Source: Opitutia bacterium
GTDB taxonomy: Bacteria > Verrucomicrobiota > Verrucomicrobiia > Opitutales > Opitutaceae
Direction: 5' to 3'
Length of the DNA: 39,753 nucleotides
Assembly: GCA_037128315.1 (NCBI GenBank)
Contig: JBAXWQ010000001.1
Span: forward strand, 1 to 39,753
In this document: in pieces, positions 18,302 through 27,288 of the stretch
Position numbering within the stretch: position 1 is the stretch's first letter
Layout: each line of letters starts with the position of its first letter
Notes under the pieces: generated by a model
The model's input: the letters and a program-made list of their open reading frames with translations, nothing else
Told to the model about the DNA's origin: nothing
The model's database searches: none
Program-made: the position numbers and the translations under genes

Positions 18302-18795
18302 GGGCGGACCCGCGCTTGCGCGGCGGCTTTGATCTGGTCGCTGAGTTGTTTCACCTTGGCCCCATCCACCTTCTCGTGCAGGTCGTCGTCGATCAGGACG
18401 ACCGGGCCGGTGCCGCAGCTGGCGAGACACTCGACGAACTCGATCGTGACCTCGCCGTCGGCCGAGATCTCGCCGGTCGAGCAGCCGAACTGCTTCTGGA
18501 ACTCATCGCACACCTTGTACCCGCCGGTGAGCGCGCAGGAGAGCGTGCGGCAGACCTTGATGTGCCGGCGGCCGATCGGCTGCTGCCGGAACATCGGATA
18601 GAAGGTGACCACCTCGTAGACGTTGATCGGCTGCAGCTCGAGCTTGGCCGCGATCCACTCGATCGCCTCGGGCGAGATCCAGCCGACGTCCTCCTGGATC
18701 AGGTGCAGGAGCGGCAGCGTGGCGCTGCGCTTCACCGGGTAATGGGTGATCACTTCGTCGATCTGGGACAGCGTCGCTGGCTTGAGGGTAAGCAT
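18298..18795 (-). CDS. nuoE: NADH-quinone oxidoreductase subunit E
   Basis: VYEVVTFYPMF, VCRTLSC and VECLASCGTGP motifs. Start taken at MLTLKP (ATG 18795). Confidence 0.96.
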   Translation of the reverse strand: MLTLKPATLSQIDEVITHYPVKRSATLPLLHLIQEDVGWISPEAIEWIAAKLELQPINVYEVVTFYPMFRQQPIGRRHIKVCRTLSCALTGGYKVCDEFQKQFGCSTGEISADGEVTIEFVECLASCGTGPVVLIDDDLHEKVDGAKVKQLSDQIKAAAQARVRP

Positions 18796-18828
18796 CGGCG
18801 TGGGTTTCAAGCGGCGACGGTGAAAGGG

Positions 18829-18926
18829 ACGATTTCAGATTTACGATTTACGCCGGATCGGCGGATCATCGCTGGACTGGAAATCGGGTTCTTCATTCGT
18901 AAATCGTAATTCTGAAATCGTAAATC
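18829..18926. repeat. Inverted pair of heptamer arrays (AAATCGT)n in the nuoD-nuoE spacer
   Basis: ACGATTT CAGATTT ACGATTT ACG at 18829-18852 vs CGT AAATCGT AATTCTG AAATCGT AAATC at 18898-18926; 23 of 24 positions complementary. Confidence 0.88.
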
Positions 18927-18929
18927 AGC

Positions 18930-20162
18930 TCACCGGTCGCACTCCCCCATGACGAAGTCGAAGGAGCCGAGGATCGCGACCACGTCCGAGACCATGTTGC
19001 CGACGCAGAGCTTGGAGAGAATCGACAGGTTGCAGAACGAGGGGCTGCGGATCTTCATCCGGTACGGGACGCCGCCGCCCTTGCTGACGATGTAGAAGCC
19101 GAGCACGCCCTTGGGGTTTTCGGCCTCGAAGTAGACCTCCCCCGCCGGCATCTGCGGCCCCTCGGTCACGATCATGAAATTGTTGATCAGCTCCTCCATG
19201 GACGTGAGGATCTTGTCCTTCGGCGGGGCGAAAATCTTGCGCGCATCGGGCGCATACCAGTCGCCGCCCGGAAATTTCTTCACGATCTGCCGGATGATGC
19301 GGATGGATTGCTTCATCTCCTCGCCGCGGCAGAGGTAGCGGTCGTAGCAGTCGCCCTTGGCGCCGACCGGCACGTCGAACTCGTATTGCTCGTAGCCACT
19401 GTAAGGGCGGTCCTTGCGCAGGTCGTTGGCCACGCCGGAGCCGCGGAGGTTCGGGCCGCTCAAGCCATAGGCGATGGCGTCCGCCTTGGAGATGACGCCA
19501 ATGTCCACCGTGCGATCGAGGAAGATCTTGTTCCGGGTCAGCAGGGACAGGATTTCATCCAAAATAGGCAGAAACTGATCAGTGAAGGCGTCCACGCGCT
19601 GAATCCAGCCCTCGGGCACATCGCGCGACAGGCCGCCGATGCGGCTGTAGCTGGTGGTGAAGCGCGCGCCGGTCAGCTCCTCAAAGAGCTTGTAGAGCTT
19701 TTCCCGCTCCTCGAAGCAGTACATGAACACGGTCCACGCGCCGACATCGATGCCGAAGGCGCCCAAGCCCATGAGATGGGAGGACACGCGGGCCATCTCG
19801 GCGGTGAGCACCCGGATGGCCTGGCAGCGGGCCGGCACCTCGAGCTTGGCCAGGCGCTCGACGGCGATGGCATAGGCCATGTTGTTGGCGAGCGGTGCGA
19901 TGTAATCCAGCCGGTCCGTGTAGGGCACGAACTGGTTGTAGGTCATGTTCTCCGCAATCTTCTCGTCGCCGCGGTGCAGGTAGCCGATGACCGGGTCGGC
20001 CTTGGTCACGACCTCGCCGTCGAGTTCGAACTGGATGCGCAGGACGCCGTGGGTCGAGGGATGCGACGGCCCCATCGAGAGCGACATCTTCTCCGGCTCG
20101 AATTCCTTCGGCAGGTTGGCCGCTTTCGCCGCGGAGTCGGGATATGAAAAATCGGTGGCCAT
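18930..20162 (-). CDS. nuoD: NADH-quinone oxidoreductase subunit D
   Basis: MGPSHPSTHGVLR, IGYLHRG, DRLDY and C-terminal DFVMGECDR motifs. Confidence 0.98.
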   Translation of the reverse strand: MATDFSYPDSAAKAANLPKEFEPEKMSLSMGPSHPSTHGVLRIQFELDGEVVTKADPVIGYLHRGDEKIAENMTYNQFVPYTDRLDYIAPLANNMAYAIAVERLAKLEVPARCQAIRVLTAEMARVSSHLMGLGAFGIDVGAWTVFMYCFEEREKLYKLFEELTGARFTTSYSRIGGLSRDVPEGWIQRVDAFTDQFLPILDEILSLLTRNKIFLDRTVDIGVISKADAIAYGLSGPNLRGSGVANDLRKDRPYSGYEQYEFDVPVGAKGDCYDRYLCRGEEMKQSIRIIRQIVKKFPGGDWYAPDARKIFAPPKDKILTSMEELINNFMIVTEGPQMPAGEVYFEAENPKGVLGFYIVSKGGGVPYRMKIRSPSFCNLSILSKLCVGNMVSDVVAILGSFDFVMGECDR

Positions 20163-20212
20163 TAGCTAAGGCTCCCCGTGGCCAAGGAACACACTGACAG
20201 AACCCTATAATC

Positions 20213-20320
20213 TGTCATTCTGAGCGCAGCGAAGTCTAGCCCAGCAGGGCTGGTATGACATCCAGAACCATGCCCGCCGGCGGCCGTCATGCTGGATCCT
20301 TCGCTGCGCTCAGGATGACA
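20213..20320. repeat. TGTCAT-tagged palindromic doublet, copy 2 (left arm interrupted by an extra hairpin)
   Basis: TGTCATTCTGAGCGCAGCGAAG-[tctagcccagcagggctggtatgac]-ATCC ... GGATCCTTCGCTGCGCTCAGGATGACA. Confidence 0.88.
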
Positions 20321-20332
20321 CGCACTGGTCCA

Positions 20333-20364
20333 TTTTTGTGCCTGCTTGTGCCTTTTTGTGGCCA
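20333..20364. repeat. 10-mer periodic arm (GGCACAAAAA type) just after the nuoC stop
   Basis: TTTTTGTGCC TGCTTGTGCC TTTTTGTGGC CA. A possible decayed partner, TGGCCAAGGAACACAC, lies at about 20179-20194. Confidence 0.7.
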
Positions 20365-20370
20365 TGAAAA

Positions 20371-20991
20371 TCATATGGGTTTTTCCGTCTTTTCGTTCCA
20401 CGCCTCATCCTTGGCGCGCGGCTCAGCGTCGCTCATCGGTTCGCCCGGGGTGGCCACAAATGGGCCGCCGGCCATCGGGGCGGCGATCACGCCGGTGCCA
20501 GTCTCGGCTGCGATCTCGGCGTCGGGCAGCGCCGTCGGCAGGCCGGCGAGCGGGAATTCCTTGCGCAGCGGGAAATGCGGATAGCCGTCCCACATCAAAA
20601 TGCGGCGCAGGTCGGGATGGCCTTCAAACTTGACGCCAAACATATCGAAACACTCGCGTTCATGCCAGTCGGCTCCCGCCCACAGGCCGACCGCCGTGGG
20701 CATGGCGGGATCGGCGTCACTGGCGCAATCGGCGGCGACGCGGACATAGCGGTGGCCCGTGCTCGAATAAAGATGCCAGACCACGGTGAAGCGGGGAGAT
20801 TTTTCGGCACTCCAGTCGATGGCGGTCAGATCCATCAGAAAATCGAAGCCCTGGGTGTCGCGCAGTAACTGGAGCACCGCGATGGCCTCGCCAGCCGGGA
20901 CATTGAAGGCCGGACAGTCCAAGCTGGCCCGGGGCGTGGCCGCGGGCGAAATCTGGCTTACGGCGGTCGTTAAGGCGACGTCGGTGGTCAT
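20371..20991 (-). CDS. nuoC: NADH-quinone oxidoreductase subunit C
   Basis: FDFLMDLTAID, ADWHERECFDMFGVKFEGHPDLRRILM and PLRKEFPL motifs. Confidence 0.97.
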   Translation of the reverse strand: MTTDVALTTAVSQISPAATPRASLDCPAFNVPAGEAIAVLQLLRDTQGFDFLMDLTAIDWSAEKSPRFTVVWHLYSSTGHRYVRVAADCASDADPAMPTAVGLWAGADWHERECFDMFGVKFEGHPDLRRILMWDGYPHFPLRKEFPLAGLPTALPDAEIAAETGTGVIAAPMAGGPFVATPGEPMSDAEPRAKDEAWNEKTEKPI

Positions 20992-21007
20992 GCGTGGAAC
21001 CGTTGGG

Positions 21008-21517
21008 TCAGGCCGTGAACTGTTTCGACCACGCCTTCTCGCCGCGGACCTTGACCTGCAGTTTCATGAGGGCGTCCAGCAGGGCCTCGGGCCGCGGCGG
21101 ACAGCCGCTGATATAAACGTCCACGGGAATGATCCGGTCAACGCCCTGGAGGGTGGCATAGCTGCGATACATGCCGCCGGAAGAAGCGCACGCGCCCATC
21201 GCGATAACCCATTTGGGGGCGGCCATCTGGTCGTAGATCCGGCGCACCACGGGCGCCATCTTGTAGGTGACAGTGCCGGCCACGATCATGCAGTCGGATT
21301 GACGGGGCGAAAAGCGCATGACCTCGGCGCCGAAGCGCGCGATGTCGAACCGGCTGGCGGCCGAGGCCATCAACTCGATGGCACAGCAGGCCAAACCCAT
21401 GGGCATGGGCCACATGGAGTTTGTCCTGAGCCAGTTCACCGCCGCATCGGCGCGGGTGACGATGACGTCCCCCTCGATTTTGCTGTTGTATGCGAGTTCG
21501 GTGTTGGCGGTGACCAT
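21008..21517 (-). CDS. nuoB: NADH-quinone oxidoreductase subunit B
   Basis: [25 protein letters not shown] and [14 protein letters not shown] motifs. Confidence 0.98.
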   Translation of the reverse strand: MVTANTELAYNSKIEGDVIVTRADAAVNWLRTNSMWPMPMGLACCAIELMASAASRFDIARFGAEVMRFSPRQSDCMIVAGTVTYKMAPVVRRIYDQMAAPKWVIAMGACASSGGMYRSYATLQGVDRIIPVDVYISGCPPRPEALLDALMKLQVKVRGEKAWSKQFTA

Positions 21518-21536
21518 TTAAGTAAAAAAACAAGGC

Positions 21537-21564
21537 AAGCTACCAACCAAGACACCCCATGCAA
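21537..21564 (-). promoter_or_regulatory. Candidate sigma70 promoter of the nuoB-N operon
   Basis: Minus strand TTGCAT-16 nt-TAGCTT, with an extended -10 TGn, about 20 nt upstream of the nuoB ATG in an AT-rich region. Confidence 0.4.
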
Positions 21565-21673
21565 GGAGGTTTTGTTTACAAATTGTGTCGTATTAGGTGA
21601 TCGGTGTGGGCGGATGAATTACCGTTGACCGTGGCGGGGAGTTTTACCTTAACTCGACCCTTAGGCCAGTCAC

Positions 21674-22104
<431 letters not shown>

Positions 22105-22124
22105 ATGTTTTGGCAAGCCGGCCC

Positions 22125-22379
22125 ATGTTTTACGTTTACCTTATCGAAAGCATGACAGTGTCAACCCGGCACTATGTTGGGTTCACCGGCGACGTACGTC
22201 AGCGCTTGGTTGAGCACAATAGTGGCAAGCTCCCGAGTACAGCCCGGCATCGTCCTTGGCAGATAAAAACCTATTTGGCGTTTTCATCAAAGAAACAGGC
22301 CCTGGCCTTTGAGCATTACCTGAAATCGGGCTCAGGCCACGCCTTTGCACGAAAGCGACTTTGGCCAGATATTAGGTAA
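22125..22379 (+). CDS. Small stand-alone GIY-YIG nuclease (84 aa)
   Basis: MFYVYLI...HYVGFTGDVRQRLVEHNSG...T...RPW...ALAFEHYLKSG, with the catalytic Y, Y, G, R, H and E residues present. Visibly lower GC than flanking genes. Confidence 0.92.
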   Translation: MFYVYLIESMTVSTRHYVGFTGDVRQRLVEHNSGKLPSTARHRPWQIKTYLAFSSKKQALAFEHYLKSGSGHAFARKRLWPDIR

Positions 22380-22410
22380 AGGTTATAACTTGTAGACGCC
22401 TCACGTTAAT

Positions 22411-22576
22411 CAAAGAGGTGGGGAATATGAGCCAAGCCCAAGGCCATGGGCGCAGCCCTAAGCAGTACGATTCAACCCCTCCCCCTCCGCCATCCTTCGC
22501 CCGCTGGGCTAGGGATGCCATGGCCATCTGCCGGATGAGATGGTTGGCTGTGATTTGTAACCGCAAAATCATCGCC
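22411..22576 (+). pseudogene. Decayed copy of the tRNA-Ser 3' end (possibly the whole gene) plus a fourth repeat unit
   Basis: GATTCAACCCCTCCCCCTCCGCCA at 22469-22492 vs tRNA GGTTCGAATCCCTCCCTCTCCGCCA, followed by TCCTTCGCCCGCTGGGCT.. and ATTTGTAACCGCAAAATCATCGCC. Weaker matches to the tRNA 5' end (AGAGGTGG) and variable arm. Confidence 0.7.
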
Positions 22577-22641
22577 TAGGAGGTAAAGACCCGCTTTTCT
22601 CAGGGGCTGGGCCCAACCCCAATATTCAGCCGCCTCTCCCC

Positions 22642-23661
22642 ATGCTCGTCCTCCGTCCCATTCGCGAACATGACCTGGCCGGCCTCGTGGCCCTGGCCGG
22701 GTCCACCGGGGGCGGCCTCACCACCCTGCCCCTGAACGAGGAGTTCCTCGGCGATCGAATTGAGTGCTCTCATCGCGCCTTTAGTCCCCGGGTGCGCAAG
22801 CCCGGCGGGGAATACTACCTCTTTGCCCTCGAGGACACGGAGACCCACGAGGTCGTGGGCGTGTCCGGAATCTCCTCGTGTGTCGGTGGCTTCGAGCCGT
22901 GGTACAGCTATGAAATCCGGCGGGAAAAGCTCGTCCACCGCCCGCTGAAGATCGACAAGGATGTTTCCGTCCTGCACCTGAAGCAGGATCATCGCGGGCC
23001 GTCGGAAATCTGCTCCCTGTTCCTGCGCGCCGACCGGCGGCGCGGCGGCGCCGGGCGACTCCTCTCCTTGTCCCGCTTCCTCTTCATCGGCGCCTTTCCG
23101 AAGCGTTTCACGGACACGATTATCGCCGAGATGCGCGGCTTCATCGACCAGACCGGCAGGTCCCCCTTCTGGGAGGCGGTTGGCCGGCATTTCTTTCCGA
23201 TTGATTTCTACGCCGCCGATGTGCTCAGCGGCCTCGGTGAAAAGGAATTCATCGCCGACCTGATGCCGCGCCATCCCCTGTACGTGCCCCTGCTCTCCCC
23301 GGAGGTGCAGGCGGTCATCGGCCGGGTGCACCACGACACCGAGCCCGCCCTGGCCCTGTTGCTCGCGGAGGGATTTCAACCGGTCAATCAGGTCGACATC
23401 TTCGACGCCGGCCCGCTGCTGCGGGCCCCGGTCTCAAAGTTGCGCACCATCCGCACCTCCCAGGCCGCCCGCCTCCGTGATGTCAACCCGGCCCCAGCCC
23501 CGACGGCGGTGCGTTTGCTGGCCAACGCCCGGCTCGATTTTCGCGCCTGCCTGGGTGCCATCACAGAACATGAGGACGGTTCCGTCTCCCTCACCCCCGA
23601 GCTGGCGGAGGCTCTCGCGGTGGAACCGGGCGACACCCTCACCCACGCCCCGCTGAAATGA
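22642..23661 (+). CDS. astA: Arginine N-succinyltransferase
   Basis: MLVLRPI, GLTTLP, SEICSLFL, GRLLSLSRFLFI, IAEMRG...SPFWE and DIFDAGP motifs. Confidence 0.95.
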   Translation: MLVLRPIREHDLAGLVALAGSTGGGLTTLPLNEEFLGDRIECSHRAFSPRVRKPGGEYYLFALEDTETHEVVGVSGISSCVGGFEPWYSYEIRREKLVHRPLKIDKDVSVLHLKQDHRGPSEICSLFLRADRRRGGAGRLLSLSRFLFIGAFPKRFTDTIIAEMRGFIDQTGRSPFWEAVGRHFFPIDFYAADVLSGLGEKEFIADLMPRHPLYVPLLSPEVQAVIGRVHHDTEPALALLLAEGFQPVNQVDIFDAGPLLRAPVSKLRTIRTSQAARLRDVNPAPAPTAVRLLANARLDFRACLGAITEHEDGSVSLTPELAEALAVEPGDTLTHAPLK

Positions 23662-25070
23662 GCGTTTTTTCCTCAATCAACCCTGCGACGGGGGAAGCCG
23701 TCTGGACCGGCCCCGCCGCCACGCCCGCCGAGGTGCTGGCGGCCGTGACCCGCGCGCGCACCGCCTTTCGTTCTTGGTCGCGCACGCCACTGACGGAGCG
23801 CGAGACCCACCTGCGGGCCTTCGCCCAGGTCCTCGAATCCCGCCGCGCCCTGCTCGCCGACGCGATCTCTCGCGAAATTGGCAAACCCACCTGGGAGGCC
23901 CTGACGGAGGTCACGACCATGATCGGCAAGATCGAGCTCTCGATCACCGCCTATGCGCGACGCTGCGCCGACTTCACCGGCGGCCCCGCCATCACCCGCT
24001 TCCGGCCGCACGGCGTCGTCGCCGTGTTCGGGCCGTTCAACTTCCCCGGCCATCTGCCCAACGGCCACATCGTGCCCGCGCTCCTCGCCGGCAACACCGT
24101 CGTCTTCAAGCCCAGCGAACACGCTCCGCTCGTCGCCGAGCTCACTGCCGCCGCCTGGCGCGACGCCGGCCTGCCCGCCGGCGTCCTCGAGGTGGTCCAA
24201 GGCGCCCGGGAAACCGGCGCCGCGCTCGTGGACGCACCCGGCCTCGACGGCCTTTTCTTCACGGGCTCCGCGCGCACCGGCCTCTGGTTGGCGGAAAAAT
24301 TCGCCCGCACTCCGGAGAAAATTCTCGCCCTCGAACTCGGCGGCAACAACCCCCTCGTGGTCTGGCCGCCGCGCGATCTTCGCGCCGCCGCCCTGCTGAC
24401 CGTGCAGTCCGCCTACCTGACCGCCGGCCAGCGCTGCACCTGCGCCCGCCGTCTTATCCTCCCGACCGGCCCCGCCGGGGATGAGTTTGTAACGTATTGT
24501 ATTCCATTGGTGCGGGCTTTGCGGGTCGGGGCGTTCAGCGAGCGGCCGGAGCCCTTCATGGGCCCGGTGATCTCCGCCGCCGCGGCCGACCAGGTACTCG
24601 CCGCCCAGCGCGACCTGCTCGCCCGAGGCGCCACCGCGTTGCTCGAGTCGCGCTCGCTGCGTTCGGGCACGGGCCTCCTCTCGCCGGGCCTGATCGACGT
24701 CACCGCCGTGGCGAATCGCAGCGACGAGGAAATCTTCGGCCCGCTGCTGCAGATCATCCGTGTCCCCGATTTCGCCGCCGCCATCGCCGAGGCCAATGCC
24801 ACGCGCTACGGCCTCGCCGCCGGCCTCATCAGCGGCGACCCCGCGCTCTACGCCCGCTTCCGCGACGAGGTCCGCACCGGGCTCGTCAACTGGAACCAGC
24901 AACTCACCGGCGCCAGCGGCGCCGCTCCCTTCGGCGGCGTGGGCGGCAGCGGCAACCACCGTCCCAGTGCGTTCTTCGCCGCCGACTACTGCTCCTATCC
25001 CGTCGCCAGCATCGAAGTCCCCGAGCTGAAACTCCCCGCCACGCTCCCGCCCGGGCTCGAGAACGCCTAG
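23658..25070 (+). CDS. astD: N-succinylglutamate 5-semialdehyde dehydrogenase
   Basis: RPHGVVAVFGPFNFPGHLPNGHIVPAL, ALELGGNN, AGQRCTCARR and SGNHRPSAFFAADYC motifs. Confidence 0.96.
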   Translation: MSVFSSINPATGEAVWTGPAATPAEVLAAVTRARTAFRSWSRTPLTERETHLRAFAQVLESRRALLADAISREIGKPTWEALTEVTTMIGKIELSITAYARRCADFTGGPAITRFRPHGVVAVFGPFNFPGHLPNGHIVPALLAGNTVVFKPSEHAPLVAELTAAAWRDAGLPAGVLEVVQGARETGAALVDAPGLDGLFFTGSARTGLWLAEKFARTPEKILALELGGNNPLVVWPPRDLRAAALLTVQSAYLTAGQRCTCARRLILPTGPAGDEFVTYCIPLVRALRVGAFSERPEPFMGPVISAAAADQVLAAQRDLLARGATALLESRSLRSGTGLLSPGLIDVTAVANRSDEEIFGPLLQIIRVPDFAAAIAEANATRYGLAAGLISGDPALYARFRDEVRTGLVNWNQQLTGASGAAPFGGVGGSGNHRPSAFFAADYCSYPVASIEVPELKLPATLPPGLENA

Positions 25071-25084
25071 CCCCGCCTACCGCC

Positions 25085-26452
25085 ATGTCCGCCACTGAAG
25101 TCAACTTCGACGGCCTCGTCGGCCCCACCCACAACTACGCCGGCCTATCTCACGGCAACGTGGCCTCCATGTCGCACCGGGGCGCCTCGTCCAATCCCCG
25201 CGAAGCCGCCCTTCAGGGCCTCGCCAAGATGAAGTTTCTGGCCGACCTGGGCGTCCCCCAAGGCATTTTGCCCCCGCACGAGCGGCCGTCACTCGAGACG
25301 CTGCGCACCCTCGGCTTCAGCGGGACTGACCGTGCCATCCTGAGCGCCGCCGCCCGCCAGGCACCCGCGCTCCTCACCGCCTGCAGTTCCGCCTCGAGCA
25401 TGTGGGTCGCCAATGCCGCGACCGTCACGCCCTCGGCGGATGCAGCCGATGGCCGCGTGCACTTTACCCCCGCCAACCTGACGGCAAAGTTCCATCGCTC
25501 CATCGAGCCGCCGCAAACGGGGCGGACGCTGCGTGCGATCTTCCGCGATGAAACCCGCTTCGCCGTCCACGGCCCGATCCCCGGCGGCCAGGCAATCGGC
25601 GACGAGGGCGCGGCCAACCACACGCGGTTCGCGCCGAGCCATGCGCGTTGCGGCCTCCATTTTTTTGTGTATGGCCATCGCGCGTTTGGCGCCGGACCGG
25701 TCGCGGCCCGCGCCAAGAAGTTTCCTTCCCGCCAGTCCTTCGAGGCCTTCGATGCCATTCGCCGGTCCCACCTGCTGGCGGACCGGGCCTGCGTCTTTGC
25801 CCAGCAGCACCCGGCGGCGATCGATGCCGGGGTGTTCCACAACGACGTCATCTCCGTGGGCAACGAGAATGTCTTTCTCTACCATGAGGGCGCGTTCGTG
25901 CAGACCCCGGCGGTGATCCGCGAGCTGCGTCGCAGCTACGCCGCGCTCCATCGCGGTGCGGAACTGATCCCCCTGCAGGTGCCCCTCGCCCGCGTGCCCC
26001 TGCGGGACGCCGTTCAGTCCTACCTCTTCAATTCCCAACTGGTCACCCTGTCGCGCGGCCGCATGGCGCTCATCGCCCCGACCAACTGCGCGGAGACGCC
26101 GCGAGTGAAGGCCTTCATCGAGGAACTGCTGGCCCGCCGCGGCTCGCCCCTGCGCGAGGTCCATTACCTGGACCTCAAGCAATCCATGCGCAACGGCGGC
26201 GGCCCCGCCTGCCTCCGCCTCCGCGTCGTGCTCACGCCCGCGGAGCGCGCCGCCCTGCCGCCCGGCAGCATGCTCAACGAGGCCACCTACGGCCGGCTGA
26301 CGACCTGGGTGAAGCAGCACTACCGGGACCAGCTCGGCGCTGCCGACCTCGCCGATGCCCAGCTACTGGAAGAATCGCGCCGGGCCCTGGATGAACTCAC
26401 CCAACTGCTCGGCGTTGGCTCCATCTATCCGTTTCAATCCGCTGGGGCGTGA
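25085..26452 (+). CDS. astB: N-succinylarginine dihydrolase
   Basis: EVNFDGLVGPTHNYAGLSHGN, GDEGAANH, IDAGVFHNDVI and SMRNGGGPACLRLRV motifs. Start ATG 25085. Confidence 0.97.
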   Translation: MSATEVNFDGLVGPTHNYAGLSHGNVASMSHRGASSNPREAALQGLAKMKFLADLGVPQGILPPHERPSLETLRTLGFSGTDRAILSAAARQAPALLTACSSASSMWVANAATVTPSADAADGRVHFTPANLTAKFHRSIEPPQTGRTLRAIFRDETRFAVHGPIPGGQAIGDEGAANHTRFAPSHARCGLHFFVYGHRAFGAGPVAARAKKFPSRQSFEAFDAIRRSHLLADRACVFAQQHPAAIDAGVFHNDVISVGNENVFLYHEGAFVQTPAVIRELRRSYAALHRGAELIPLQVPLARVPLRDAVQSYLFNSQLVTLSRGRMALIAPTNCAETPRVKAFIEELLARRGSPLREVHYLDLKQSMRNGGGPACLRLRVVLTPAERAALPPGSMLNEATYGRLTTWVKQHYRDQLGAADLADAQLLEESRRALDELTQLLGVGSIYPFQSAGA

Positions 26453-26765
26453 CGGCGCCTGCGAGATCTGCCATCCGGGCCGGGACGGCACGTTTCAGCC
26501 GGACGGAAAATTCCCGAGTAAACGGTCGATTCTGCCCGCTGCCTCGCGGAAGCATGTTCCCTCGGGTCAAGCCAGCTAAAATAAATCCAGCAAATGGCCA
26601 CGCAACGCATCGTCCTCCTCGGGGCGGTTGGGGGGCGTTAAAGGCCCCAAACGTCGGGCGGGTACAGCTCCGCCGGTGGCACCGGGTGGGGCTGGCGGTA
26701 AAGGTTGTCTGGCTGGGGTGTTTTTAGAGTTTCAACTCAGCGTTTCTGTTTGTAAGTTAACCGCG

Positions 26766-27182
26766 ATGCCAGAACCGATCCCATCAAATCCCCCGGTAAA
26801 AGCAGGGGCCGTTCTCCTGGTGGACGACGAGCGCCAGCTGATCGAGTTGTACGGGGAAGTATTATCGCGTCATTATGAGGTCGACCTGGCCGGCTCCACC
26901 GAGGAAGCCGGACGGATGGTCCTCCAGAAGAAATACAAGGTGATCCTTTGTGATTACGACATGCCCGGAGGCAACGGCCTGAGCTTTCTGACCAAACTCC
27001 GCAAGGAACACCCGGAAATCAGGCGGATCCTGATGACCAGCTACATGCAACCGGAATTCGTGCGCGGGCTGAATGCCGCCGACCCCTTTCACTACCTGCT
27101 CAAGCCGATCGCCTTCCCCACCCTGCTCAAATGGGTGGATGATGCCGCCAAGGATTACGATCTCACGCAGAGCGGCGCCTGA
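26766..27182 (+). CDS. Single-domain response regulator (receiver)
   Basis: VLLVDDE, ILCDYDMPGGNG, ILMTS and YLLKP motifs. Start ATG 26766. Confidence 0.9.
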   Translation: MPEPIPSNPPVKAGAVLLVDDERQLIELYGEVLSRHYEVDLAGSTEEAGRMVLQKKYKVILCDYDMPGGNGLSFLTKLRKEHPEIRRILMTSYMQPEFVRGLNAADPFHYLLKPIAFPTLLKWVDDAAKDYDLTQSGA

Positions 27183-27288
27183 GGTCGGTGGTGCGGCCTG
27201 AGCGCGTCGGTCGCGAGGGGCCGCCGATCGGCGTCTCGCGGATTGCCTTTGCCCGGCGCCCCGGCCAGCTTCCGCGCCACGGACGCAC

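Noticed and set aside
20162-20633. Short ORFs across repeat-filled spacers (20162-20401, 20255-20584, 33397-33621, 21576-22092, 1315-1776)
   Set aside because: They are translations of palindromes or tRNA sequence, with no coding signal.
21625-21654. Promoter for tRNA-Ser (TTGACC at 21625)
   Set aside because: Good -35 but no convincing -10 at 16-18 nt spacing, so not listed as a feature.
24497-25084. N-terminal extensions on astB, and likewise on the PH gene (34256), thyX (4496) and the GIY-YIG gene (22047)
   Set aside because: They overlap other genes or repeats, and family-typical N-termini begin at the later starts.
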